Source: an uncultured delta proteobacterium
Lineage (GTDB): Bacteria; Desulfobacterota; Binatia; DP-6
Direction: 5' to 3'
DNA: 64,000 bases
Assembly: GCA_963746505.1 (NCBI GenBank)
Contig: CAVVBN010000014.1
Coordinates: 72,823-136,822, forward strand
In this document: piece after piece, positions 1 to 10,030 of the stretch
Position numbering within the stretch: the first letter of the stretch is position 1
How the letters are laid out: the number at the start of each line of letters is the position of its first letter
Translations under genes and position numbers: made by a program
Notes under the pieces: model-generated
Seen by the model: only the letters and a program-made list of their open reading frames with translations
Databases searched by the model: none
Told to the model about the DNA's origin: nothing

Positions 1-543
1 CGTCCCGACCATCATCCCCTGCGTCGTGAGCCGGGAACGATCGACGGCGACCGCGAGCCCAAAGTCGCCGAGCTGGGCCGATCCGTCGGCAGCGAGCCAC
101 ACGTTCCCGGGCTTCACGTCACGGTGCACGACGCCGCGCGCGTGCGCGTGGGCGAGCGCCTGACATATCTGGTCGGTGATCCGGATCGCATGCGTGATCG
201 AGAGGCGCCGGTCCGGGGTGCCGGCCAGGAGCCCCTCGACGTCGCCGCCGGGCATGTACTGGCTGACGATGTAGGGATCGCCACCCTCCTCGCCGATGTC
301 GAAGACGGTGACGACGTGCGGATGATCGCCGAGGCGCGCCATGGCCTGCGCCTCGCGCTGGACGCGGAGTCGCCCGGCCTCGTCCAGGCCCTCGGTCTTG
401 ATTACGGAGAGCGCCACCTCGCGGTCGAGGCGCGTATCGTGCGCGAGGTAGACCCGCTTCTTGCCCCCCTCGCCGAGGAAGCGACGGACAACGTAGCGGC
501 CTTCGGCAAAGATTTCGGGCGCGTCCAATGTGTAGATTCCCAA
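1..543 (-). CDS. Ser/Thr protein kinase (Hanks-type), partial; the C-terminus lies beyond the window start
   Basis: Reverse-strand translation gives LGEGGKKRVY (Gly-rich loop), VALSVIK (the VAIK lysine), HRDVKPGNVWL (catalytic loop) and DFGLA. The likely start is TTG at 543 (or 529). This frame is not listed in the ORF track. Confidence 0.8.
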   Translation of the reverse strand, partial: MGIYTLDAPEIFAEGRYVVRRFLGEGGKKRVYLAHDTRLDREVALSVIKTEGLDEAGRLRVQREAQAMARLGDHPHVVTVFDIGEEGGDPYIVSQYMPGGDVEGLLAGTPDRRLSITHAIRITDQICQALAHAHARGVVHRDVKPGNVWLAADGSAQLGDFGLAVAVDRSRLTTQGMMVGT

Positions 544-677
544 ACGGGCGGGCTTGATCTCGCGTCCTGGCGACCGCTTAGCCCGGGTACCCCGGCCTTC
601 GCAAGGTATGTGTCTGGTCCGGGGGTCATAGCGGAATCTGCTTTACCGCCGGCGGCGCGGATGCCTATGCTAGTGGC

Positions 678-1976
678 ATGCGAACGATGATCCTCATCGC
701 GATTGTGGCACTCGCTCTGGTCCGAAGTGCAGCCTGGGCTCAGACCTGTGCATTCGACGCCGGGGCACTTCCGGTCGACACCCTGCCCCCGGGCACCCTG
801 CACGGGCCCGCGATCCCCGTCGAGCACATCGTCGTCATGATGCAGGAGAACCGCTCGTACGATCACTACTTCGGGCGCCTGCGTCCCAAGTACGGTCCCC
901 CGCGGGGCACCACCAATCCCGATCCGCTGGGTGGCGATCCGATCAAGCCGTTCCGCCAGAAGCGCTACTGCGAGGTGGCCGACCTCGACCATTCCTGGAA
1001 CGGGACGCACCGGGAGTGGAACAACGCCGTGATGGACGGCTTCACCGCCGAGAACGTCGACCCCGACGACCCCAGTGGCAGTCGCACCATGGGCTACTAC
1101 ACGCGCCGCGACCTGCCCTTCTACTTCAAGCTCTTCAAGAAGTTCGCCACGAGCGACAGCTACTTCTGCTCGGTCCTCTCGCAGACGTTCCCGAACCGCT
1201 ACTACCTCCTGGCGGGCACGTCGTTCGGTCACATCAACAACGCCTTCCCGAACCTGTCCGGCCCGGAATGGTCGCAGCGTACGATCTTCAACCTCCTCGA
1301 TGAAGCAACCCCGCCGGTGTCGTGGAAGATCTACTATTCGGATTTCCCCTTCGCCGCGCTCTTCGGCCACGTGCGGGCACAGCTGGGGACCAACACCGTC
1401 CAGATGGGTGCCAACGACGCGACGAACCCGCTCCTCCTCGACGCGCAGAACGGCACCCTGCCCCAGGTCGCGTTCGTCGACCCCACGTTCCTCGGTGAGG
1501 GCGAGAACGACGAGCACCCGCCGACGAACATCCAGCTCGGTCAGGCGTTCACCGCCAAGATCATCAATGCGCTCATGAGCGGGCCGGCATGGCAGAGCAC
1601 CGTCATCTTCCTCACCTACGACGAGCACGGCGGCTACTTCGACCACGTCCCGCCCCCGGCGGCGTGCACGCCCGACGACATCCCGCCGATGCTCCAGCCC
1701 GGAGACGAGCCCGGGGCATTCGATCGCTACGGCATTCGGGTACCGGTGGTCGCGATCTCACCGTTCTCGAAGCGGAACTACGTCTCGCATGGGGTGTACG
1801 ACCACACGTCGATCCTCCGGTTCATCGAGACGCGATTCGATCTCCCCGCGCTCACGCGGCGCGATGCGAACGCGGACCCGATGCTCGACTTCTTCGACTT
1901 CGCCGACCCGCCGTTCGCGAAGCCGCCCCGCCTGCCCGCGGCGACGATCGACCCCGGCCACACCGAGTGTCCCTGA
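678..1976 (+). CDS. Secreted phosphoesterase family protein (phospholipase C / acid phosphatase AcpA-like)
   Basis: N-terminal signal peptide. The MQENRSYDHYFG motif and the overall pattern match the PF04185 phosphoesterase family. ATG at 678. Confidence 0.85.
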   Translation: MRTMILIAIVALALVRSAAWAQTCAFDAGALPVDTLPPGTLHGPAIPVEHIVVMMQENRSYDHYFGRLRPKYGPPRGTTNPDPLGGDPIKPFRQKRYCEVADLDHSWNGTHREWNNAVMDGFTAENVDPDDPSGSRTMGYYTRRDLPFYFKLFKKFATSDSYFCSVLSQTFPNRYYLLAGTSFGHINNAFPNLSGPEWSQRTIFNLLDEATPPVSWKIYYSDFPFAALFGHVRAQLGTNTVQMGANDATNPLLLDAQNGTLPQVAFVDPTFLGEGENDEHPPTNIQLGQAFTAKIINALMSGPAWQSTVIFLTYDEHGGYFDHVPPPAACTPDDIPPMLQPGDEPGAFDRYGIRVPVVAISPFSKRNYVSHGVYDHTSILRFIETRFDLPALTRRDANADPMLDFFDFADPPFAKPPRLPAATIDPGHTECP

Positions 1977-2002
1977 GTCGCGAGGGACTCTGAGCCCAAG
2001 GG

Positions 2003-2790
2003 TCAGCGGGCGGTGTCCGTTCCGCCTGCTACCGCGTCCGTCGCCTTGGACGCGGCCCACACCGCGAGCAACGACACGACGATGTTCGGCAGCATCGTCG
2101 GCGGGAAGAGGAACAGCGGGAGGTTGGGCGGTCCCCAGAGCAGCAGGGGGGCGAGCAGGCTGCTCAGCAGCAAGGCGGGCCAGAGGAACATACGCGCCCA
2201 CCCTTTCGCCGGGACACGCCCGGCGGCAGGAAAGAGCGCCCGGTAGGTCCACCACAGCGTGAGCGGTGCCAGCGCGATGGCGATGTTGAAGGACAGGCCG
2301 ATCACGGTGTTCCATCCATCCGCGCTCGGCGACGCGGGGAAGAGAACCCGCACGGCCTCGGGCGCCCACGCCAGCGCGACGCATGTCGTGAGTCCCCAGC
2401 CCCACGTCGACCGGACGGTCCAGCCCCCCGGGTCCGTCTCGCGCCGACGCCACCGTCGCCACAGGCGGTCGAGTCCCAGCCAAACGACGCCCAGCGGTAG
2501 CAGCGCACGGATCGTGTTCAGGTAGAGATCCCGCGGCGTCTCGGGGCCAGGCAAGGCGGGCGATGGCCGTGCCCCGGTCCGCACGATGAAGACACAGTCC
2601 TTGCCCGGCGCATCAGGCGGACAGATGTCGCCGTGGTGCCATTCGATCCATTGCCCGGGTCGATCGTGGAAGGACCACGCGTACTCCGCGAAGCCGGCCG
2701 TCGCATCGGCACGACCCGCAGACAGCGAGAGAACCAGCAGCAGCGGGCGCAGGGCCGATCGTGCTCGGTGATCCATCCCCGGCATGTTCC
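2003..2790 (-). CDS. Hypothetical membrane protein with an N-terminal signal/periplasmic region
   Basis: ORF with a signal-like N-terminus (MPGMDHRARSALRPLLLVLSLSAG) and a Trp/Leu/Pro-rich multi-TM C-terminal half. No family recognised. Confidence 0.4.
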
Positions 2791-2846
2791 CGAAGTCCCC
2801 CGCTCTGCTATCGGCAGGGGACCGACCAGGCTTGAGAGGAGACCGA

Positions 2847-3128
2847 ATGAACCTGCAGCTCTTCGCGACGGTATTCACCACCGTCTTCGTCGCTGAACTC
2901 GGGGACAAGACCCAGCTGGCGACGCTGCTCTACGCAGCGAAGGCGGAGAACCCGAAGCTCACGATCTTCGCGGCATCCGCGGCGGCCCTGACGCTCTCCG
3001 CAGCGATCGGTGTCGCTGCCGGCTCGGTCGTCGCAGAGTACGTGAGCCCGAAGGTCCTCTCCTGGGTGGCCGGCACGGGCTTCATCGCCATCGGCATCTG
3101 GACCCTCCTCGCCGCCGGCACCGAGTGA
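2847..3128 (+). CDS. UPF0016 (GDT1/TMEM165) family membrane protein, single half-size repeat
   Basis: Carries the ELGDKT signature (E-x-G-D-K-T) in the first TM helix and has 3 predicted TM helices. ATG at 2847 is preceded by GAGAGGAG. Confidence 0.8.
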   Translation: MNLQLFATVFTTVFVAELGDKTQLATLLYAAKAENPKLTIFAASAAALTLSAAIGVAAGSVVAEYVSPKVLSWVAGTGFIAIGIWTLLAAGTE

Positions 3129-3154
3129 TGTCCATCCCCACGAACGGGCATACC

Positions 3155-3454
3155 CTAACCGTGTCTGAGTTCACGCAGCAGCAGATAGCTGAGCGGTCCG
3201 AACGAACCGAGAACGACCGTGAGGACGACGAACGGCCAGGGCGAGAGCCCGTGTGCCGGCGCGTCCTTCACCATCCAGATGCACGCCAGCACCGCGAGGA
3301 TGACCAGGTCGGCAAAGACCTGTCCACCGCCCCACGACCGGAAATGGGGCGCGACGATGCCCCAGTAGCCGACGTCGGCGAGAGCCAGGAACGACAGCGC
3401 GCCGAACGCAACGAACACCGCCCCAAGGATCAGAATCGTAGGTTTCACGAGCAT
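3155..3454 (-). CDS. Small integral membrane protein (hypothetical)
   Basis: 99 aa with 3 hydrophobic helices. ATG at 3454 has an AAGGAG Shine-Dalgarno 4 nt upstream. Confidence 0.5.
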   Translation of the reverse strand: MLVKPTILILGAVFVAFGALSFLALADVGYWGIVAPHFRSWGGGQVFADLVILAVLACIWMVKDAPAHGLSPWPFVVLTVVLGSFGPLSYLLLRELRHG

Positions 3455-3542
3455 CTCCTTTCCAGACAAGGGTGGCTACCCTGAGCGCGAGACGTGCGGC
3501 AATTACCAGCCAGGTAGTTGAACCGCCGCGCGACGGCCGGGC

Positions 3543-4367
3543 ATGTTCGTGTCCGGGAGCAGGGAGAGCGCAGTGACACTTGCACACGACCATCACGCCG
3601 ACACCGGGCAACAGCATTTTCCGCGGCTCCTGAAGGCCTGGCGGCATCGGCGCCGCTTGTCCCAGCTCGACCTGGCCCTGGCCGCCGGTGTCTCCCAACG
3701 GCACGTCAGCTTCCTCGAGTCGGGGCGGGCGCGGCCGAGCCGCGGCATGATCCTGCAGCTCAGCGAAACGCTGGACGTCCCGCTGCGCGACAGGAACGAC
3801 TGGCTGACCGCCGCGGGGTTCGCGCCGGTGTTCAGAGCCCGCCAACTCGACGATCCGCAGATGTCGCAGGTGCTTTCGGCCGTGCAATTGATGCTCGGGA
3901 ACCACGAGCCGTTCCCGGCGATCGCCGTCGATCGCAGCTGGAACATCCGTCTCTCGAACCGGTCCTTCGAGATGCTCGCCGCAATGATCGGCAGCAGCGA
4001 GCGCAATCTCATGCGCCTGTTCTTTCATCCCGAAGGAATCAGGCCGATGATCGTGAACTGGACGGCGATCGCCCCGCTGCTCTGGCACCGCGCCCAGCGC
4101 GAGGCCGAAGCCCTGGGCGGCGACGAGATGCGCGCCATCCTGAAGGACCTCAGCGAGTTCCAGGATTCCGAGACCCTCTGGACGGCCGAGGACGCACCGC
4201 TGGTGCCCGTGCTGCCGATTCAGCTGCGGGCGAACGGTGTCGCGATTTCGCTGTTCACAGTGATCGCGACCTTCGGTACGGCCCAGGACATCACCGCCGA
4301 TGAACTGCGGATCGAGAGCTTCTTCCCCGGCGACAAGGCCACCGAGGCGCTCTTCAGAGGACTCTAG
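3543..4367 (+). CDS. XRE-family HTH transcriptional regulator with an MmyB-like C-terminal domain
   Basis: HTH motif RLSQLDLALAAGVSQRHVSFLESG followed by MmyB-like domain conservation (WNIRLSNRSFEML..., LFTVIATFGTAQDI). Confidence 0.75.
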   Translation: MFVSGSRESAVTLAHDHHADTGQQHFPRLLKAWRHRRRLSQLDLALAAGVSQRHVSFLESGRARPSRGMILQLSETLDVPLRDRNDWLTAAGFAPVFRARQLDDPQMSQVLSAVQLMLGNHEPFPAIAVDRSWNIRLSNRSFEMLAAMIGSSERNLMRLFFHPEGIRPMIVNWTAIAPLLWHRAQREAEALGGDEMRAILKDLSEFQDSETLWTAEDAPLVPVLPIQLRANGVAISLFTVIATFGTAQDITADELRIESFFPGDKATEALFRGL

Positions 4368-4494
4368 GGCCGACGCCATTGGCCCGATTGCATCCACCTC
4401 GACACGATGTCACGGGGTCGTTCAGTTGATGCCGATGCCGGCGCGAGGTGGTGCCTCGGCTGGCGAACTCGACGCTCAGCGCGTAAGGGAGGGC

Positions 4495-5313
4495 ATGCCG
4501 ACGTCCGCTGACAGGACCCCGACCGGGGCTCCGTTGCTGATCGAACGCGATGGGCCGGTCGAGACGTTGGTGATCAACGACCCTCCGCGGAACCGCATGA
4601 GCCTCGCCTTCATGGACGCGCTGGAGGTGGAGGTCGCACGCGTCGCGGACGACCCCGGCGTGCGCGCCATCGTCATTCGCGGCGCAGGAATCGAACACTT
4701 CTCGGTCGGAATGGACCTGAAGCAGCTCCCGGAGGGCATCAAGCGCATGGGCGGGCTGGAGGCCCTCCTCGACCAACGCCTCCGCGTCCTCGAGGCGATC
4801 GAGAACCTCCCGAAGCCCGTCGTCGCCGTGCTGTGCGGCTACTGCCTCGGCGGCGGTCTCGAGCTGCCGCTCGCCTGCCACTTCCGCCTCGCGGCGGCCG
4901 AAGGCTGCAAGATGGGACTCCCCGAGCTGGATCTCGGCACCGTCCCAGCCTGGGGCGGGAGCGCGCGGCTCACGCGTTGTGTCGGACGCGATCACGCCCT
5001 CGACATGATCCTTCGCGCCAAGAAGATCTCGGGCCCCGAGGCGCTGCGGATCGGTCTCGTCAGCGAAGTCTGGCCGATCGACGAGCTGTTCGAGCGCGCC
5101 CACGCGCTGGCGCGGGAGCTGGCGGACATGCCGAGGATCGCCGTCGCGGGAATGCTCCGGTGCATCGTCGGCGCCGGCGAGAAGTCACTCGCGGAGAGCA
5201 TCGCCGACGAGCGCCGCGCGGTCCTGGCGACGATGGGCACGCCGGACCAGGGCGAAGGCTTTCAGGCGTTCCTCGAGAAGCGACGTCCCCGGTTCAACCA
5301 GGGAAGCCACTGA
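4495..5313 (+). CDS. Enoyl-CoA hydratase/isomerase (crotonase) family protein
   Basis: Crotonase fold motifs: VVAVLCGYCLGGGLELPLACHFRLAAA and the C-terminal FLEKRRPRF. ATG at 4495 is preceded by AAGGGAGGG. Confidence 0.85.
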   Translation: MPTSADRTPTGAPLLIERDGPVETLVINDPPRNRMSLAFMDALEVEVARVADDPGVRAIVIRGAGIEHFSVGMDLKQLPEGIKRMGGLEALLDQRLRVLEAIENLPKPVVAVLCGYCLGGGLELPLACHFRLAAAEGCKMGLPELDLGTVPAWGGSARLTRCVGRDHALDMILRAKKISGPEALRIGLVSEVWPIDELFERAHALARELADMPRIAVAGMLRCIVGAGEKSLAESIADERRAVLATMGTPDQGEGFQAFLEKRRPRFNQGSH

Positions 5314-5344
5314 GCCAGAACCAGACGACGCCCGCTCGCAGCGC

Positions 5345-6076
5345 TCAGACCGAAAGCTGCTTTGCGAGCTCGCGGAGTAGCCTTGCGCCGTCGCCGCGCC
5401 ACGACGAACCGTGCATGCACGCGAGCGTCGTGGGCTCGTGACGCGCGAGCTTTTCCATCAGCTGTGGTCCGCTCGCAGTGTGCGAGTAGTAGTCCATCGG
5501 TTTTCGGAACGCTTCGCTCGGCCCGAGGATGTCCCCCTCGGTGATGGGAACGACGTCGTGTCCGCCCTGCGTGAAGAGATCGCCTGCGAGCAGCGTCCGC
5601 GTCGTGCCTTCGAACATGAACCCGCAGTCCCAACCGTGAGGCAGATGCGGCACGTCGATCCAGTGCAGCTGCTTCATGCCGATCGACAGCGTTTCGCCGT
5701 CGCCGAGCGCCCGCGGCGCGCGGATCGCTTGGTCCGTCACGGACACCATCACGCCGACGTGGCCCTGAACCGCCGTCGCTCGCGGCGCGATGGTGAGCCA
5801 CTCGTTCAACGCACCGGATTCGTCGGACTCCCAATGGGAGAACGCAATCCACCGCAGCGTTTCAGGCGGCAGCACGGTCTTCATCGCCTCGCACACCAGC
5901 GGAAAGAGCCCGCGCGGACCCGTGTGGAACAGAAGTGGTTCGTCGTCGAGGACGAGAAACTGGTTGAACGTGAATCCGCCCGGCATGGCCGCGGGTGGCA
6001 CTGGCGTGCTGATGCGGTAGATGCGGTCTGCGATTTCGTCGATGCGTGTGCCCGTCTGGTTGTTCACGATTCCCAT
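5345..6076 (-). CDS. MBL-fold metallo-hydrolase, flavodiiron/ODP-like di-iron type
   Basis: About 243 aa with an HWESDESG (H-x-E-x-D-x) metal-site motif and MBL-fold residue spacing. ATG at 6076 has a GAGGTG RBS. Confidence 0.65.
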   Translation of the reverse strand: MGIVNNQTGTRIDEIADRIYRISTPVPPAAMPGGFTFNQFLVLDDEPLLFHTGPRGLFPLVCEAMKTVLPPETLRWIAFSHWESDESGALNEWLTIAPRATAVQGHVGVMVSVTDQAIRAPRALGDGETLSIGMKQLHWIDVPHLPHGWDCGFMFEGTTRTLLAGDLFTQGGHDVVPITEGDILGPSEAFRKPMDYYSHTASGPQLMEKLARHEPTTLACMHGSSWRGDGARLLRELAKQLSV

Positions 6077-6085
6077 GCCCACACC

Positions 6086-6517
6086 TCACCGCGGCTCGAG
6101 CACCACGACCGGGATCGGGCGCTTCGTGCGCGACTGGTAGATGGCGTACTGGCCCTGATTGACGTCATCGGCACGGGCCCAGAGTCGCGACCGCTCCTGG
6201 CCTTCGGCGATCCGGGCACGGACGGGGATGCGCTCGCGACCCACCTGTATCTCGACATTGGGTTCGGCGGTGAGGTTGTGGAACCACCCCGGGTGCTGCG
6301 GCGCGCCCCCCTTCGACGCGATCACCACGTACGCCTTCGCATCGCGCACGTAGAGCAGCGCGGCGGTGCGCGGCTCACGGGTACGCCGCCCCACGGTGCG
6401 CAGCAGCAGCATCGGCCGGCCGCCGAGGCTCGCACCGATGCGTCCATCGGTGGCCTCGTAGAGCCACTGGTGCACGGTGAGCAGTGGGCCCATGATGCCT
6501 TCTACAAGTGGGTTCAT
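6086..6517 (-). CDS. Deazaflavin (F420H2)-dependent nitroreductase-family oxidoreductase (DUF385)
   Basis: Typical DUF385 motifs: LLLRTVGRRTREPRTAALLYV, VVIASKGGAPQHPGWFHNL, PNVEIQVG. Confidence 0.7.
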   Translation of the reverse strand: MNPLVEGIMGPLLTVHQWLYEATDGRIGASLGGRPMLLLRTVGRRTREPRTAALLYVRDAKAYVVIASKGGAPQHPGWFHNLTAEPNVEIQVGRERIPVRARIAEGQERSRLWARADDVNQGQYAIYQSRTKRPIPVVVLEPR

Positions 6518-6624
6518 ACGCGCGAACCTAGCAGACGACGGGCCCGGGCGCATCGTGAAGGCCGCAGTCGCGGCGGCGGTGGTTTCCACGCCCGATCCGA
6601 GTCGATCGGACGCCGTCGCGCTCG

Positions 6625-7032
6625 TCAGACTGCCCGCACCAGGGTGAATGTCGCCCGGCGCGGGTGACGTCGTCCGACGAGGAACGATCCGGCAAGGGTC
6701 TGCGTCGCCATGTCGAACCGTGCGGTGATCGTCGGCTTGCTCCCGTCGTTGCAGGTGAGGTGGACCTTGAGCATCTTCTTGTACTTCGCCGTGAACGTGC
6801 AGGAGCTCCGACCTCCACTTCCGTCCGCCAGAGTACTGCTCCCTGTGAACTCCCTCGGGCGCGATGTCGACGCGAAGTCAGCGCCGAGGGCGCGGGTCTC
6901 CCCTCGGCTGGTTGCGCTGCCGACCCAGGAGCCGGTGAAGTCATAGGGAGGCGGCAGCTTGGCCTGCAGGGGCGTGGCCGACCCGCCGGCCATGCCCAAG
7001 GCGAACAGGAGCACCCGCAACTGGGGCTTCAT
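6625..7032 (-). CDS. Small secreted hypothetical protein
   Basis: Signal peptide MKPQLRVLLFALGMAGGSA. 135 aa with no recognisable domain. Confidence 0.45.
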   Translation of the reverse strand: MKPQLRVLLFALGMAGGSATPLQAKLPPPYDFTGSWVGSATSRGETRALGADFASTSRPREFTGSSTLADGSGGRSSCTFTAKYKKMLKVHLTCNDGSKPTITARFDMATQTLAGSFLVGRRHPRRATFTLVRAV

Positions 7033-7207
7033 CCGACTGCCTTTCGACCGGAGAGTAGGCCCGGGCGGGAACGAGGCGCAATCCCGCACAACCCCGATGG
7101 CAGCCTGCCATCCGCGGACGTCGCAGCGATCCGCATGGAATCTACCCCCGGGAGGCCCCGGTTGAGACTCCGGGGGTCTACGGACATCCTCCGAGGAGGA
7201 GGCTGGT

Positions 7208-7711
7208 GTGGTCGCGAAGCCGTCGTTCTCGGCGCTGCAGTCGATGGTCGCTCTGGTGGCGGGTCTCACCTCGATCGGCGGCGCCGCCTACTCCGCGATC
7301 GGCTACCTGCGCGCCACGCCGGTGCCCGGCGAGCTGGTCGCGGTCGTCCGCGACGCGGACACCGACCAGGTCGTTCGCGGCGCCGTGGTCGAGGTGCGCA
7401 CACCCGACGACGCGATCGTTACCACGATGACCCAGAACGACGATGGAGTCGCCCGGCGCGCCCTCGCGCCCGGCGCCTACCACGTCCGTGTCATCCATCC
7501 CGCCTTTGCGGAGGCGTCACGGGACGTCCACGTCCAGCCGGGTGCGCGGTCCGATATCCGCGTGCCGCTCGAACCGGTCGACCAGCCGGTCGAGCACGCC
7601 GCGACCACGCCCACCGCCCGTACGCGTACGCAGGCCACGATCACGCCCGGCCGGGTCCTCGATCGCGGTGTGGTCGCGACGCGGCGGCTTCTCGGTCGCC
7701 TCGGACTCTGA
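7208..7711 (+). CDS. Carboxypeptidase regulatory-like domain protein
   Basis: Pattern GELVAVVRDADTDQVVRGAVVEVRTPDD...APGAYHVRVIHPAF is typical of CarboxypepD_reg beta-sandwich domains. GTG at 7208 has a GGAGGAGG RBS. Confidence 0.6.
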   Translation: MVAKPSFSALQSMVALVAGLTSIGGAAYSAIGYLRATPVPGELVAVVRDADTDQVVRGAVVEVRTPDDAIVTTMTQNDDGVARRALAPGAYHVRVIHPAFAEASRDVHVQPGARSDIRVPLEPVDQPVEHAATTPTARTRTQATITPGRVLDRGVVATRRLLGRLGL

Positions 7712-7724
7712 GCGCTGCGTCAGC

Positions 7725-8855
7725 TCAGGGGGCGGCCGGCGCCGCGGTGTAGCGGACCTCGGGGAAGTCCCGCGCGAGGTCGCGTGCGAGGTACGTCGCG
7801 GCGGCGCGGCGCACCGCCGGGTCGGGCGCCATGTGGCTGTCGAAGAACGCTGCGACCGCCAGCTTCGTGATCGTCTGCTGCCGCGCGGGGTCGAGCGCTC
7901 GGAGCGGTGGCATGCGCGCGCACGGACGCGGCAGGGAGGCCGGGACGCGCACATCGTCCTCCGGGCGGACGAGCGCTGCAATCTCCTCGTCGAGGTGGTC
8001 GCGGTCGAGGACGCGGAGCAACCACCAGCAGGCGAGGCGGTCCGGGTTGTCGAGGATGCGCAGGACGCCGCCGGTCGAATCGTCGAAGCCGGCGTGCGAG
8101 GCACCACCGATGGCGACGAGCTCCCCGTCAGGGACGCGCTGGACGGCGAGCGGCGCATTCGACGTATAGTCGATCACGACGTCGGCATCTCCGGCGATCA
8201 TCAGGAAGGGGACGGACGCGCCGGCGAAGAACGCGGGCTCGAAGAACGTCATCGGCCCCGCGATCGACACGGCTGCGGCGATGCGCGGGTCGCGCAGACG
8301 CGGGTGGAAGGCGTCGAGGGTCGCAGTCAGTCCGCCGAGAGACAACCCGACGACCCCGATCCGCTCGGGATCGATCGTGCCGGGAAACAGCGCATCGGCC
8401 TCGTCGCCAGCGAGCATCCGGTCGACGAGGAAGTGGAGATCGGCTGGTTGATTGAGGACGTCGCCGACGCGCGGGCCGCCAGTCGCCCAGCGACGGGTCA
8501 ACGGATGGTCCGGCGCCACGACCACGTATCCGCGGCTCGCCAGGTGCTCGGCCAGGTAGGTCCCGCCGCTGCGCGTGGCGAGGAATCCGTGACTGTAGAG
8601 GACGACGGGCCGCGGGCCCATAGCGCCGACCGGGAACCACGTCGTGGTCTCGAGCATGCGCGGCGATCGCCAGCGATCTCCGCTGCGGGCATCGTTGGGC
8701 CGAGACCGGTCGATGAAGGTGTGGTCCCGGCGCTCGACCCGGAACGGTCCGGGAGCAAGAAGAAGGGCGCTCGGCGACCCCGGCGGTGGCGGCACCGGCG
8801 GGGCGACGAGAGCGCACGCCGAGGTGAGGGCGAGCAGCGCGATCCACCACGGCAC
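7725..8855 (-). CDS. Alpha/beta hydrolase (PAF-acetylhydrolase/dienelactone hydrolase-like) lipoprotein
   Basis: Signal/lipobox LALTSAC and a nucleophile elbow GLSLGG with alpha/beta-hydrolase spacing. GTG start at 8855. Confidence 0.75.
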   Translation of the reverse strand: MPWWIALLALTSACALVAPPVPPPPGSPSALLLAPGPFRVERRDHTFIDRSRPNDARSGDRWRSPRMLETTTWFPVGAMGPRPVVLYSHGFLATRSGGTYLAEHLASRGYVVVAPDHPLTRRWATGGPRVGDVLNQPADLHFLVDRMLAGDEADALFPGTIDPERIGVVGLSLGGLTATLDAFHPRLRDPRIAAAVSIAGPMTFFEPAFFAGASVPFLMIAGDADVVIDYTSNAPLAVQRVPDGELVAIGGASHAGFDDSTGGVLRILDNPDRLACWWLLRVLDRDHLDEEIAALVRPEDDVRVPASLPRPCARMPPLRALDPARQQTITKLAVAAFFDSHMAPDPAVRRAAATYLARDLARDFPEVRYTAAPAAP

Positions 8856-8897
8856 GACCGTGTGTCATACGAATCGGGGGGGATGTCCAATCGGCGC

Positions 8898-9950
8898 TCA
8901 GTAGCGCGTGATCACCGTCACGCCGCTCGTACCGAACGAGCCCATCGACTCGACGACGCTCGTCACGTCCTCGAGCCCGACGGTGCGCGAGACGAGCTTG
9001 CCCGGATCCACCTTCTTCGCCTCCACCATCGCAAGCATCGGGGTGAAGTGGGGGGCCTGCATGCCGAGCGAGCCGATTATCTGCAGCTCCTTGAAGACGA
9101 TCACGTCGACCGGAAACGCCACCATGCCCTTCTCGGCCTGCGTCGTGAGGCCGATCTGCAGGTGACGCCCGCGCTTGCGCAGGCAGAGGATCGAGTTGAG
9201 ACACGTGGTGGCGATGCCGAGCGCGTCGACGGAGACGTGGGCGCCGCCGCCAGTGAGCGTGGCGATCGCGCCGACGGCGTCGTCCTTCGCGGCGTTCACG
9301 GTGTGCTCGGCGCCGATCTCCTTCGCGAACGCAAGCTTGTCGTCGGCGACGTCGACGGCGATGACGCGCGCGCCGAGCGCCGACGCGATCTGGACGGCCG
9401 AGAGCCCGATACCGCCACAGCCGTGTACGGCGACCCACTCGCCCGGTGCGACGCGTGCCTGATCCACGAGGCCGTGGAACGACGTCATGAAGCGGCAGCC
9501 CATGCTGGCGGCGTCGACGAACCCGACGGCGTCCGGCAGGCGGACGAGGTTCACGTCGGCGTAGGGGACCGAGGAGTAGCGGCCGTAGCCGCCGCCGAAC
9601 GCGAGGCCCGGCAGGACCGGCGTGTCGCACATGTTGTGGTGCCCGGTACGACACCACTCGCAGGTGCCCTCACCGCCGCTGAAGGGCACGATCACCCGGT
9701 CGCCCTTCTTCCACCGCGTCACCTCGGCGCCGACCTCTTCGATCACGCCGCAGAACTCGTGGCCGATGACCGCGGGAAACTGCGGCACGATGCCCACCCA
9801 GGACCAGTCGCCCTTCCAGATGTGCCAGTCGCTCCGGCAGATCCCGTTCGCCTCGACGCGAAGGATCACGCCGTTCGGCAGGAGCGATGGGGTGGGGACG
9901 TCGCGGACGACGAACGGTTGCTCGATGGCCTCGAGGACGGCTGCGCGCAT
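8898..9950 (-). CDS. Zn-dependent alcohol dehydrogenase (MDR family)
   Basis: GHEFCGVIEEVG zinc motif, the CEWCRTGHHNMC structural zinc cysteines and a GCGGIG Rossmann motif. Confidence 0.9.
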   Translation of the reverse strand: MRAAVLEAIEQPFVVRDVPTPSLLPNGVILRVEANGICRSDWHIWKGDWSWVGIVPQFPAVIGHEFCGVIEEVGAEVTRWKKGDRVIVPFSGGEGTCEWCRTGHHNMCDTPVLPGLAFGGGYGRYSSVPYADVNLVRLPDAVGFVDAASMGCRFMTSFHGLVDQARVAPGEWVAVHGCGGIGLSAVQIASALGARVIAVDVADDKLAFAKEIGAEHTVNAAKDDAVGAIATLTGGGAHVSVDALGIATTCLNSILCLRKRGRHLQIGLTTQAEKGMVAFPVDVIVFKELQIIGSLGMQAPHFTPMLAMVEAKKVDPGKLVSRTVGLEDVTSVVESMGSFGTSGVTVITRY

Positions 9951-10030
9951 GGTCCGCCCTTACACCCGGTCGCCCGCGCGCAGCAATCCCCGGAGACATC
10001 CGCCCCGCCGAGCCCCAAGCCTCGGCGGCG

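Noticed and set aside
402-1646. 414-aa minus-strand ORF overlapping the phosphoesterase gene
   Set aside because: Arg/Val/Glu-rich nonsense translation. The plus-strand phosphoesterase (678-1976) and the minus-strand kinase in another frame (1-543) have clear family motifs.
3171-4397. 408-aa minus-strand ORF
   Set aside because: Antisense of the well-supported XRE/MmyB regulator gene, with a low-complexity Arg/Gly-rich translation.
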